Part shown: in pieces, positions 1-9,471 of the stretch
Layout of the letters: the number at the start of each line of letters is the position of its first letter
How positions within the stretch are numbered: position 1 is the first letter of the stretch
Position numbers and translations under genes: made by a program
Source: Deferribacteres bacterium
GTDB taxonomy: Bacteria > Nitrospirota > Thermodesulfovibrionia > UBA6902
Direction: 5' to 3'
Assembly: GCA_013152795.1 (NCBI GenBank)
Contig: JAADFS010000028.1
Location: 1 to 62,543, forward strand
DNA length: 62,543 nt
The notes under the pieces: model-generated
Seen by the model: the letters and a program-made list of their open reading frames with translations, nothing else
Database searches by the model: none
What the model was told of the DNA's origin: nothing

Positions 1-105
1 TTGATCTTGTCAGGATCAATAATCGCCTTCTTGTAATTAGGCAGTTTTGACACCAGCAACTCCTCATTCTGCAATACTCAAGGCCATAATAATACGCCCT
101 GGTCT

Positions 106-2004
106 TTAATAATCCACCTCTACCGTTATGGATGTATCACACCCGAAAATATCTACCACCTTGACACAGGCGGTATATTTCCCTTTTTTCGGATATTTAT
201 CAAATTCATAATCTGAAACAGTGGGAAGGGAACGGTTTTTTCTTGTGCGGTATGCCTGCCAGTGATGCTCAAAGGGTTGTCCATCCTGGTAGTCGAAGTC
301 CACTGCCCAGAAGTCTATAAAGTCGAATCCGCTTTTTATTGCCCTTTCCTTGAGGGCTTCAAGTTCTTTGCTCGGAACCTCTGCAAGGGATGGAACAAAC
401 TTGGTCAGTTTAATATCAACGACTTTCTTGCCACTTACAGTCTTGTAAACAGGCTCCGCCTCAAGCACGGCAACTTCAAGGAACGGAGGCGGAGATGTCC
501 TGTTTTTTTCCATAATTTCACGTGGAATCGGAATAAGCTTAATTTTGATACCATGAGCATGTTCTATCTCAAGGCATACGAGCCTCAGGTCCATCTCAAA
601 CTCCCATGCAAGGCAATGCAGCTCCCTGGCCCCTGCCTCTTTTGCCGCTCCGGCAACAGCCCTTAATTCATCACGGGTAAAAAGCCCGTCTATGCTGTCA
701 ACATGACACAGGGCCGAACCTTTTCTGCCATGGATAAGCGGTGAGTTTGAGTTCTGCAGGACCTCTGCCCTGTAAAATCCAAGAACAACCTTCCGGTGCT
801 CCTCATCTGCACCTTTTAGCCTTTCCTTCTGCCACCACTGCCTTTCATACCTGCCGAGATTATAGACATCAAAGGCACGGTATGGTTTGCCTTCTTCATA
901 CAGTTTTCTCTGAACCTCAATCATCCGTTTTCGTGTGGTATGGATTGCAAACCTTCCAAGGTCTGCCATTATCCACCGCCTTCCGAGCCTTTCCGCAACC
1001 GCACCTGTAGTGCCTGAACCACAGAAGAAATCAGCCACAAGATTGCCTTCGTTGGAAGAGGCTTTTATAACGCGTTCAAGAAGGGCTTCTGGTTTTTGGG
1101 TCTGGAAGCCAACAAGTTCATTTCTGGATATTTGGCCGCCTGCAGGAATGTCAGGCCACCAATCTTCTGGAATTTTACCTTTGTTATATTCCCCCAAGAT
1201 ACGCTCGTCACGTTTTCTATTAGCATAAATACCACCTTTTCCTTCAATATATCTTCTGCGTTCCATAAAGCTTTCGCTATACTGCACTCTCACGGCATCT
1301 AAATTGAGAAAATAAGAGTCTGTTTTACTGTAACGCAGAATAATATCGTGTTTGTCTGGAAAATCTTTAACTTTACGAGAAGGACCGGTGTAGGCCCAAA
1401 TTATTTCGTTTCTGAAATTTTCGTTTCCTAAAACTTCATTTAGCATTAGCCTTAAATAACTATTAACTCGCCAGTCTATATGAACATAAATAGTCCCCGT
1501 CTCACTTAACAGCTCCTTCATCAGCACCAGCCGTTCATACATCATGTGCAAATAACTGTCCGTACCCTTCCCCCACATATCCCGATAAGCCACCATTTCA
1601 AGGGTTGACTGGTCTTTCCCTATCGTTTCCTTGCCTTCTCCGACAGGGATGTTCATTGTGAAATCAGCGCCTACATCAAAGGGTGGGTCAATGTATATAA
1701 TGTCGATCTTGCCTTTGAAGTCTTTCAGAAGGCTCGCCATGACGAGCTTGTTGTCGCCCCAGATGAGCATGTTTCTGAAATCATCCTTGTGGGCCTTTTC
1801 ATGATCAAAGAGGCCGAGAGGCTTTAATCTGCTTGCAGGCTCATCAATCGTCTCAATTTTCTGCATCGGCATGGCACATCCGGCAATATCAACCTCCCGC
1901 CTGTTGCCATACTCATCATACTTCCCTTCCCAGATAAGCTCCGTTTTCCGTGAGCTTAAAGGGTGGGGGTTGTCAGGGCCGTATATGTTTTTTTCATTGA
2001 GCAT
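106..2004 (-). CDS. DNA amino-methyltransferase (N6-adenine or N4-cytosine), beta-class motif order
   Basis: 632-aa ORF. Catalytic IYIDPPFD (motif IV) lies upstream of SAM-binding FFCGSGTTGAV (motif I). Long C-terminal extension of unknown role. Confidence 0.85.
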   Translation of the reverse strand: MLNEKNIYGPDNPHPLSSRKTELIWEGKYDEYGNRREVDIAGCAMPMQKIETIDEPASRLKPLGLFDHEKAHKDDFRNMLIWGDNKLVMASLLKDFKGKIDIIYIDPPFDVGADFTMNIPVGEGKETIGKDQSTLEMVAYRDMWGKGTDSYLHMMYERLVLMKELLSETGTIYVHIDWRVNSYLRLMLNEVLGNENFRNEIIWAYTGPSRKVKDFPDKHDIILRYSKTDSYFLNLDAVRVQYSESFMERRRYIEGKGGIYANRKRDERILGEYNKGKIPEDWWPDIPAGGQISRNELVGFQTQKPEALLERVIKASSNEGNLVADFFCGSGTTGAVAERLGRRWIMADLGRFAIHTTRKRMIEVQRKLYEEGKPYRAFDVYNLGRYERQWWQKERLKGADEEHRKVVLGFYRAEVLQNSNSPLIHGRKGSALCHVDSIDGLFTRDELRAVAGAAKEAGARELHCLAWEFEMDLRLVCLEIEHAHGIKIKLIPIPREIMEKNRTSPPPFLEVAVLEAEPVYKTVSGKKVVDIKLTKFVPSLAEVPSKELEALKERAIKSGFDFIDFWAVDFDYQDGQPFEHHWQAYRTRKNRSLPTVSDYEFDKYPKKGKYTACVKVVDIFGCDTSITVEVDY

Positions 2005-2018
2005 TTTTGTTCTTCCTT

Positions 2019-2828
2019 TTAAGTCTTATGTTGGTACGGTTGTAAAATTGTGGCGTTTTCTGTCAACTGAATGTCAACGGCCTTCGCGTTCACATAACCT
2101 AAGATAGAAAATGACTGTCTAAAGAATGCCAGAAACACCGCAGCCTTTAAGTTGTCGGTTACACCAAACCTATAAAAAAACTGTTCAGAAAGATCCATAT
2201 TTGAGCGCTCGAGATTTGGGAATCCGCTTGCGAGTGGTGCCAATTCTCCTGGAATCTCACCATTTTCAACTTGAAGATTAGAGTACCAACGAATGGCAAT
2301 TCCTCCCTCTCTGGGAAGGATTTTGTTTGTATGTTTATAATACAGGGCCATGAATAATTTTCGACCGAAATTTGCAACTGCACTGCTTACAAGTGGCCCT
2401 TTGACAGAAAGAAAAGGCAAATCTGATAAAGCTAATCCTTCAGGTGTCTGTATATTGTATTTTTTAAGAGTATCTTGTGCTTGATCTGTACTAACTCTCA
2501 TCTCTTCTAATAAGCCAGGATTGTTATGAGCAACAGCTCGGACACGTTCAGAAAATTCTTTTTTCTTGTCGGCATTATCGGCTTCTGGATATAGCCGGGA
2601 AAGCATTGCAACCACTTGCTCATCATGGCGTGAAATCCTGTTGCATGGCTTACATGCTGGAAATTCATATCCCTCCGGCCACTGTCGTTGGTCGAAAAGC
2701 ACCCGCGCTGGGATATGGTCAGTTTCCATTGATGGTGTCTCACCTCCACAGAAACAACAAAGGGGATGCCTTTGTAAAAACTGTTTTCTATGTTGTTTTC
2801 TTGCGCCCATAGTTCGAATATATTCCAT
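2019..2828 (-). CDS. HNH-motif protein, candidate nuclease partner of the adjacent methylase
   Basis: 269-aa ORF. N-terminus has CCFCGG..DHIPAR..CKPCN (CxxC / DH / CxxCN layout typical of HNH). Same strand as the methylase start, 14-nt gap. Confidence 0.5.
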   Translation of the reverse strand: MEYIRTMGARKQHRKQFLQRHPLCCFCGGETPSMETDHIPARVLFDQRQWPEGYEFPACKPCNRISRHDEQVVAMLSRLYPEADNADKKKEFSERVRAVAHNNPGLLEEMRVSTDQAQDTLKKYNIQTPEGLALSDLPFLSVKGPLVSSAVANFGRKLFMALYYKHTNKILPREGGIAIRWYSNLQVENGEIPGELAPLASGFPNLERSNMDLSEQFFYRFGVTDNLKAAVFLAFFRQSFSILGYVNAKAVDIQLTENATILQPYQHKT

Positions 2829-3078
2829 CTAGTAGAAGTATCATAATTGAATTGACATCATAGAACCAATATACATGGCCTGAATGTCTTACCCACACCT
2901 TATCCCTCTCCCTTGAAGGAGGAGGGGAGGGGTTGGAGGGGCGTCATCTTGACTATTTTGAGACAATTTATAATTATACAACTTCTGTTTAATACGTGAA
3001 CCCTTCCAATTTAGAAGTGTTGCCGATTCCGAATAAATTTCGAACACGTTCGAAAGAAACATTACGTAAAATCAAAAT

Positions 3079-3717
3079 TTAAAAATTAATATTTATCATT
3101 TTTAAAAGGTCTATACTAATATTCTGTATCGGCTTTAAACGTGATAATACAAACAATAAAGAAAGCACTATAATTCCCAGAATGATATACTTTTTATTTT
3201 TTGTGCCGTGCAACCAAAACCATTTTAAATTTTGAAGTATTACAGGAGGCTTTGCTGAAAGCGAATTTGATTTTTCAAGACGAAGTTCTTCCTTTAAAAT
3301 CTCTATTTTATTGCTTATAGAGTCTCTATATTTTCCTTCTTTTTGCTTAAAATCTGAATTAACGCTATCTACTGCTTGATTATCATCTCTTTGAAAACTC
3401 GTTAAGATTCTCGAACGAATTATATCCACTTCTCGGACCATGAAGTCGATTACTTCTTTTTTTAATGTAATGAAATAATCATCTTCATGAACTTTTGTCT
3501 CTTCATTAAAAAGAGCTGTTTTTTCAGTATCAAATAATGCATTAAGCAGTTTCTGAATATAGTTGTCTTGAATCTGAAGAAGATTTCTATAGTAAGCTCC
3601 AGGATTGGACACTCTTATTTCAGCCATAGATGTTGCAAGTTTTGTCTCCTCCTCTTTTCTCTCTTTATTGAGCTGAGATTTCAGCTTTTTTAAATTTAAT
3701 TCTGTGTATTTTTGCAT
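3079..3717 (-). CDS. coiled-coil protein with C-terminal transmembrane helix, unknown function
   Basis: ORF 3079..3792 trimmed to MQKYTEL (ATG 3717), which is preceded by AAGGAAGG. Lys/Glu-rich heptad-like sequence, then YIILGIIVLSLLFVL. Confidence 0.5.
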   Translation of the reverse strand: MQKYTELNLKKLKSQLNKERKEEETKLATSMAEIRVSNPGAYYRNLLQIQDNYIQKLLNALFDTEKTALFNEETKVHEDDYFITLKKEVIDFMVREVDIIRSRILTSFQRDDNQAVDSVNSDFKQKEGKYRDSISNKIEILKEELRLEKSNSLSAKPPVILQNLKWFWLHGTKNKKYIILGIIVLSLLFVLSRLKPIQNISIDLLKMININF

Positions 3718-3822
3718 TGAGATGCCTTCCTTAATTTTTCGGTATCTTCTTTCTGCCAAATGCAACGTAAATTGGAGAGGTCTGGCCCACACGGATTGTT
3801 TCCCACATAGAATACATTTTTC

Positions 3823-4254
3823 TCATTGCTTGCCGTTCCTTTTCACTTTCTTTGATTTATCGATCTCAACCATGGCCGTAATATTGAATGGAGGCAGAAG
3901 GAGAGGAGGGATATTGGCTTTCATGGTTGTATTGCCTATGACCTCACGGACGAAAGGGAATAAATGCGCGGGGGCATTAACCTTTGAGAATCTTTTAAGT
4001 CCCGCGGGATCCTCTCCTGTAAAAGTGCCCTCAACTGTAACCTTCATTGAAAAGGGACGGTTCCTTGTTTTTGTAAATAATGCTACAGACAGCATGGCGT
4101 TGAGGGTCTTTTTGTCAGGACTGAAGGAGTTCTTTGTCTGGACGTCGATTTCAACAGGCAGGCCGTCTTTTGGCAATTTAAACTTTTTATTTAATTTGAA
4201 AACGAGTTCCGTCAGGGTTACATTAACAAAATTTATCCCGGTGTCAATCCCCAA
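3823..4254 (-). CDS. SecB-like chaperone (third gene of a toxin-antitoxin-chaperone operon)
   Basis: 143 aa. APAHLFPFVREVIGNTTMKANIPPLLLPPFNI resembles E. coli SecB CPNILFPYARECI..FPQLNLAPVNF. Overlaps the antitoxin stop by 11 nt. Confidence 0.7.
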   Translation of the reverse strand: MGIDTGINFVNVTLTELVFKLNKKFKLPKDGLPVEIDVQTKNSFSPDKKTLNAMLSVALFTKTRNRPFSMKVTVEGTFTGEDPAGLKRFSKVNAPAHLFPFVREVIGNTTMKANIPPLLLPPFNITAMVEIDKSKKVKRNGKQ

Positions 4255-4792
4255 TTAAATCCTCCACTTTTACCTTGAATATTTCAGCAAGTTTTTTTAA
4301 CGTGCTGGTCGGAACGTTGTATCCAACCCTCTCCATCCTGCTTATATTGGGCTGTGCAGTCCCGAGCTTTCTTGCAAGAGTTTTCTGGTCCATCCCGTTA
4401 AGGAGCCTGTGATATTTTATGGGACTCATTCTCCCCTGGCTGACAAGTTCCTTCCATTCCTCATTCTGGTCTTTCCAGGCCCTCTCCCAAGCCCTTTTCC
4501 CTTCAGCAGTAGAAGTAAACTCCGCTACTATTTCCTTCAGGGGGATGGCTTCCCCATCCAATGCTGCCTTCAACTCTAATGTCTTGATCTCGTCCTGCAG
4601 GAACTTTACAAGTCTTTTAAGTTTTTTATTCTCGGTTTTTAATTCTCCAATCTGTTTATCCTTAATTGAATCACATGTCTTACATATTTCATCTAACTCA
4701 ACAGGCATTCCCTTTGGGACAGACAAGCTTGGCATTATCCAGGTAAAGCCGGTTTTGCGGGAGTAAGTAATCCGTTCTCTATATGAGCTCAT
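4244..4792 (-). CDS. XRE-family HTH antitoxin (HigA-like) with long N-terminal coiled-coil region
   Basis: C-terminal MDQKTLARKLGTAQPNISRMERG-like helix-turn-helix. Start placed at ATG 4792, which forms an ATGA overlap with the toxin stop. The upstream ATG at 4843 cannot be excluded. Confidence 0.7.
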   Translation of the reverse strand: MSSYRERITYSRKTGFTWIMPSLSVPKGMPVELDEICKTCDSIKDKQIGELKTENKKLKRLVKFLQDEIKTLELKAALDGEAIPLKEIVAEFTSTAEGKRAWERAWKDQNEEWKELVSQGRMSPIKYHRLLNGMDQKTLARKLGTAQPNISRMERVGYNVPTSTLKKLAEIFKVKVEDLIGD

Positions 4793-5163
4793 CGACATTG
4801 CATCCATTGAGTGTAGAGGAGCTTGATCATCTTGTAGTGCCAAGAGTTTTTGTTGTATGTGTCATCATTTCTTGGAACAACACAGTACACACAGACCATG
4901 CCGGACTTTTTAAGAGCATAAAAAATTCTGTAATCCGCTGTATCTACGCACTTAAGCCTATGCACAAAGACCTTCTTTTTCCTTAAATTCTGAACAATCC
5001 CGGAATTGCACTCTTCCGCGTCCGGCAATGGATCAGATCCTAAGGCTGCAATCCTCTGAAGAATACGTCCTGCCTTCCTGCTGTCAAGAATAGTTATCTG
5101 TTTGATAGTGCTCCAAACATTTGAATGCACTTTTACATTGTCCGGCAGGTTTGGTATTCTCAT
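4789..5163 (-). CDS. RelE/ParE/HigB-superfamily toxin
   Basis: 124 aa. HRLKCVDTADYRIFYALKKSGMVCVYCVVPRNDDTY matches the RelE/ParE core pattern (yRiiY..v.il.v.hR..aY). First gene of the three-gene operon. Confidence 0.65.
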   Translation of the reverse strand: MRIPNLPDNVKVHSNVWSTIKQITILDSRKAGRILQRIAALGSDPLPDAEECNSGIVQNLRKKKVFVHRLKCVDTADYRIFYALKKSGMVCVYCVVPRNDDTYNKNSWHYKMIKLLYTQWMQCR

Positions 5164-5768
5164 AGTATATCACTTGTGATATATAAGTCAAGCCCTCCAA
5201 TAATGGCAAAGTTTATCAGAGCAGGATATTTTGAGATACCGTCTATCCTATATTGTGGTTTCAGGATAATTTAATCAATTAAAACACAATATATGGTATT
5301 TGTCAATTAAAAAATGCAGTTTCTTTAATCTTTTGATTTATAAGGAAAATACATGTGAATAAATGGTCGTTGTTCTTGATGAAGTATCTCTTGAGAGAGG
5401 AAAAAGGGTTCCTCGCTATTTTGAGGGGGTAGTGGTTGAATAGTAGACTTGGAAACTGGCAAGTTTATTTTCATGATGACAGATACTGAACTTTTAGATA
5501 AGGCCCCTGGTTTGACACCGCTGTGGCGGGAGCTGTACCACTATGTGGATGAGGTTCAGGAATGACCTGTCCCCCTTTTCTGGACCGACATAAATACGAA
5601 GGTATAAACTTTGAGCAGGAGCATGAAGTTTACAAGAACAAGGTTTACTGAATATGTTTTCAGTCTTGGGGTATAGCATATTCGTATTTATTCCGTTCCA
5701 AAAAGTGGGGGCATATCACATGGAAAAATCCATAGTACCAACTTACACAGTTCGGCGGACATCCCTTC

Positions 5769-6413
5769 TCATTCCGTGTCCCGGCACTCTCCTGTATGCG
5801 GGGCCGTTGAGACCCGATCCCGTTTCCGCATCAGGCATGCCCAGGAGCGGGGAGCCTCCGGCAGCTTTGAATCAAACCGCGTGCTCCTGAGCAGGAGTAT
5901 CTCGAACCACGGCTCCACCGCGGATACAATATCGAGCGCAGAACGCCTCGGCGGGCCTTCCTCCCGCTCCGGTCCGTCGGCGCTGCCCATGAGGCTGAAC
6001 CAGTGACCGCCCGGGCCCAGGCGCCTCCACACGGTTTCGGCCAGCCGCGCCCTCTCCTCGGGGAGATCGAAGGTATGAAAACACCCGCGGTCGAATACGA
6101 ACCCGAAGGGCCCCGGCGGCAGCTCGTCCCTGAGTATGTCCGCAACGATGAATTCGACCTCCACGCCAGCGGCGGATGCCTTCTTGCGTGCCATCCCGAC
6201 CGCAGTCGGCGACAGGTCGACCGCGGTCACCCTGAAGCCCTTCCGGGCCAGCCATATCGCATCGGTGCCGGTTCCTGCGCCGAGCTCGAGGACGGTGCAT
6301 GGAGCGATACCGTACTCGCGTATGACGAGCTCGAGGTTTCGGTCGTGTCTTCCTGTATCCCAGGGCAGGTCGCCGGTCCTGTAACGCTTGTCAAAGTCCC
6401 TTGTCCGTTGCAT
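5769..6413 (-). CDS. class I SAM-dependent methyltransferase
   Basis: VLELGAGTGTDAIWLARKGFRVTAVDLS (motif I plus acidic loop). Start trimmed to MQRTRDF (ATG 6413), preceded by AGGAGG. The longer ORF N-terminus is low-complexity. Confidence 0.8.
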   Translation of the reverse strand: MQRTRDFDKRYRTGDLPWDTGRHDRNLELVIREYGIAPCTVLELGAGTGTDAIWLARKGFRVTAVDLSPTAVGMARKKASAAGVEVEFIVADILRDELPPGPFGFVFDRGCFHTFDLPEERARLAETVWRRLGPGGHWFSLMGSADGPEREEGPPRRSALDIVSAVEPWFEILLLRSTRFDSKLPEAPRSWACLMRKRDRVSTAPHTGECRDTE

Positions 6414-6466
6414 GGTTCCTCCTTTGAAGACCCCGAAGGCTGGGCCGTCTCTTCCGAGGGCGTAGT

Positions 6467-6904
6467 TTAATGCTGAGACCGTATCCCCTTGCTGCGCTTG
6501 ATGACCTCGAGGATGTCGTTGAGCCTGAGGGTCAGCTCCCGCGCCTTCTCCTGGAGCTCCTCGCTCAGGTGGCTCACCTTGTCCGGGTGGCACTTGGAGA
6601 CCTTCTCCCTGTATGCCTTCTTAACTTCCTCCCATGAGGCCCCGGGAGAGACCCCGAGTGTCCTGTATGCCTCTTCCAGGCTGAGTGTTTCCCGGCCCCG
6701 CCGGTAAGGGTCGGAGCCTGGATCTTCACGGGTGCCGCTGTATGAACGCGTTTCCTGTCTCTTCTGTGCGGCCTTCCTGTATGACAGATAATACAATATC
6801 CCCATCGCGACGATGTCGTCGATGAAGCCGGGAAACAGGTCGAGGGGGCTGATGATGTAGATCAGCAAAAGTATCAACCATATGTAGTATGCGGTATTTC
6901 CCAT
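6467..6904 (-). CDS. membrane DUF1232-like plus J-domain (DnaJ-like) protein
   Basis: N-terminal LLLIYIISPLDLFPGFIDDIVAMGILYY. C-terminal YRTLGVSPGASWEEVKKAYREKVSKCHPDK (HPD motif). Confidence 0.75.
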   Translation of the reverse strand: MGNTAYYIWLILLLIYIISPLDLFPGFIDDIVAMGILYYLSYRKAAQKRQETRSYSGTREDPGSDPYRRGRETLSLEEAYRTLGVSPGASWEEVKKAYREKVSKCHPDKVSHLSEELQEKARELTLRLNDILEVIKRSKGIRSQH

Positions 6905-7005
6905 CTGTAACCCCGTCTCTTCCCGCCTCAGACCCGTTGCATGTATTATAAAACATCCCGTTCATGCAGTACATACGGTCCTGTGGGATGAGGGGACGGG
7001 GCTGT

Positions 7006-8178
7006 TCAGGAGGTGTCGGCCTTCCGTTCGTGGAGGCTTTCTGAGACACTCCACTGTATGGGCAGGGAGAACCTGAAGACGGTTCCTTCGTCTTCGGATG
7101 TCGTGAAGCTGACCTCTCCGCCGAGGATCTGCTCTCCGAAGAGCTTCATGGAATATGTTCCGATTCCCCTGCCTGCTCCCTCTTTCGTGGAGAAGTTTCG
7201 TTGAAAGATCCTCAGGGCTGCGTCTTCCGGAATCACCTGTCTGTTCCAGACGTGAAACGTAAGGAGATTGCCGTCTTGTTCCAGCCACACCCTCACCGTG
7301 CCGTTTTCTTCCGTGGCCTCGAGGGCGTTTATGATCATGTTGCAGAGGACACGCAACAGCAGGGACATGTCCGTGTTCAGGGAGATCACCGGATAGGAGG
7401 GAGAGAACTGCAGGGTCTTCTTTTGTGCTACTGGATGGCTGATGAAGGAGGTGCGGAGCTCTTCCATTATCCGCTCCGTCGAGATCCTGTGTATGAGAGG
7501 ATGATAGGTGTATCTTTCAGTCTGGGACAGGCTCCTCTGTATCTCCACCTCTTTTTGCAGCCGCAGTGCCGACTGGTGTATCATCTTAACGAGGTCCGAC
7601 TGGCCGTTGTCGGCCCTGAGCATCTCGCTTGCACCCACCAGCGCACACAACATGTTGTTTATGTCGTGAAAGAACGTCCTCTCAAGTGCGGCCCGCTGCT
7701 GCTGTATGCTGATATCCTGAAGGAAGAGGAGGAGGAACCTGTTGCCGGAGATATCCAGGGGATGCGCCCGGACAAGAAGCGCGATGTCGACGTGCCTGCC
7801 TCCCCGGACAGCCGTCAGTGCACAGATCCTTTCGGCGGGTTTGTCATGCCCGAGTGCCGCAACAGTTGCTATCGCCGCTCCGCAGGTGGAACAGAACTTG
7901 GTGGTGCCGCAGCCTGCCGGTTCGTCGTCTGCATGGATACACTGCAGCACCTCTCCTATCCGCAGTCCAAGGACTCCGGATGGATCGTTGAACCCGATCA
8001 TCCTCAGGAAAGAGTCGTTCATCGCAATGATCTGACGGTGCTCGTCGAGGATGACTATCAGTCCGCTGATCGAGTGGAGCAGCCCGGACATTACGGCGTT
8101 CTTGTTGACTATCTCGATCTCCTTGACGAGATCCTCGTCTTCCGTACGCTCGGCCGGAGCAAAGTAGGAGTCCATCAT
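7006..8178 (-). CDS. PAS-domain sensor histidine kinase (no cognate response regulator in window)
   Basis: H-box FFHDINNML. N/G boxes NALEAT and GRGIGTYSMKLF. PAS-like N-terminus carries CGTTKFCSTC. Confidence 0.85.
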   Translation of the reverse strand: MMDSYFAPAERTEDEDLVKEIEIVNKNAVMSGLLHSISGLIVILDEHRQIIAMNDSFLRMIGFNDPSGVLGLRIGEVLQCIHADDEPAGCGTTKFCSTCGAAIATVAALGHDKPAERICALTAVRGGRHVDIALLVRAHPLDISGNRFLLLFLQDISIQQQRAALERTFFHDINNMLCALVGASEMLRADNGQSDLVKMIHQSALRLQKEVEIQRSLSQTERYTYHPLIHRISTERIMEELRTSFISHPVAQKKTLQFSPSYPVISLNTDMSLLLRVLCNMIINALEATEENGTVRVWLEQDGNLLTFHVWNRQVIPEDAALRIFQRNFSTKEGAGRGIGTYSMKLFGEQILGGEVSFTTSEDEGTVFRFSLPIQWSVSESLHERKADTS

Positions 8179-8589
8179 TCATACCCTGACTGTGTCATGC
8201 CTGTTTCAGTTGCAGAGGCTTTCGGGTGGGATCCTGTGCTGCACGGGTTGTCCCGCGCTCGGCCGGCAGACGATACCGCCGGCAGTGCCTTTTTCATCCC
8301 CCCTCGGCCCGACCATGGCCCGTTCGTGCAGTCTGTGTCATCTTCTGGATGACCCTGCGCCTATCCATACCATATCACAGAAGACTCCAAAAGACAAGCG
8401 TTTCATTCAGTTTCAGCAGCAGGTGCGTCGTTGCAGGGAGGATGGCTGCTCCGGCCGGCCGTTTGCAAATGAAGGCTCGGTGGGAGTATGATATGCCGAG
8501 AGGCCTTTCAAGCGGACCTTTGGAGCAGCCGTTTCCCGCTGCCGGGTCTCGATCGGAATATATTCAGCAACAGGCGGTGGTGCCGGTCA

Positions 8590-9402
8590 ATGAGGTCTTT
8601 GAATATCGTCGCGGTGTGCAGGATGCCTGATAAGATGGACGATGCTGCTGCGGTCCTCGGCGGGATCGTCGACCTCACTGCATACGAGGCGGCTTCACGC
8701 CTGCGCGTCAGCAGGGGAGTTCCGGTTGTCGTTGCAGTATATCCCGACCCTTCAACTGCTGAAGATGCGGCCGGCCGGCTCGAGTCGGCAGGATTCGTCA
8801 CGGTTGTACTGAAGGATGACGGGATAGAGTCCGAAGACCAACGGTTCATAGTGCGGAAGTTTTCCTTCGAGGATACACGGCTCAGTGTTGAATCGAGAGA
8901 CGGGGACAAAATGTCGGTTGACTACGGGCGCTTCGATTTCATGCTGCGAGGCACGTGCATTACGCGATCTGCGAGGACGAGGGTCGAGAAGGGAAGGAAG
9001 TTCAGCTTGGGGCGAGCCGTCATTTCAGGCGGGCTCGTAATGAGCAGGTCCACGAAGAGGCATCATGTGGACACCTCGGAAAGCCGTGAAGGGTTTGTTC
9101 ACCTGTATGCGGATGATCTCATCATGGTGTTCAGGGAGTCTTCTCTGGTCTATTCATCACTCGGTTCCCTTATGAAGCCTGCACGGCCGGCAAACTTCGC
9201 CGTTGTTGTCGACGAGCTGAGACGTCGCTGCCGGAATGTTTCTTTCAGCGACTCACTCCTGGCCAGGTCGGCTCAGGCTCAGATACTCGGTCCGCTGTTC
9301 AGTCCGGAAGAAGACCTTGATATAGCGATATCCCTCGTCACCGGTGCTGCACGCGAGTCCACCTGCCACCGACCTCTGCCGGGAAACAGGGGCAGGGGAT
9401 GA
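8590..9402 (+). CDS. hypothetical protein
   Basis: Long GC-rich ORF 8488..9402. Start at ATG 8590 (MRSLNIV) is a guess. No motif recognised. Confidence 0.35.
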   Translation: MRSLNIVAVCRMPDKMDDAAAVLGGIVDLTAYEAASRLRVSRGVPVVVAVYPDPSTAEDAAGRLESAGFVTVVLKDDGIESEDQRFIVRKFSFEDTRLSVESRDGDKMSVDYGRFDFMLRGTCITRSARTRVEKGRKFSLGRAVISGGLVMSRSTKRHHVDTSESREGFVHLYADDLIMVFRESSLVYSSLGSLMKPARPANFAVVVDELRRRCRNVSFSDSLLARSAQAQILGPLFSPEEDLDIAISLVTGAARESTCHRPLPGNRGRG

Positions 9403-9471
9403 GCCGGAAGGCCCGTCCCCTGGCGCGCTGATGACCGGTACGTATAGCTGTGTGGAGCGCAGGCCTCGGGC

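Noticed and set aside
1-100. Partial minus-strand ORF at the left edge (..QNEELLVSKLPNYKKAIIDPDKI..).
   Set aside because: Two frames are open over these ~80 nt and there is no clear start or SD. It is too short to call.
2885-2950. G-rich tract ...CCCTCTCCCTTGAAGGAGGAGGGGAGGGGTTGGAGGGG..., considered as a G-quadruplex or regulatory repeat.
   Set aside because: It occurs once, has no partner repeat or associated structure, and lies in the promoter-distal spacer. Nothing supports a function.
5769-6593. 274-aa version of the SAM-methyltransferase ORF.
   Set aside because: The N-terminal 60 aa are low-complexity Pro/Gly/Gln-rich sequence overlapping the J-domain gene. An internal ATG at 6413 has an AGGAGG SD.
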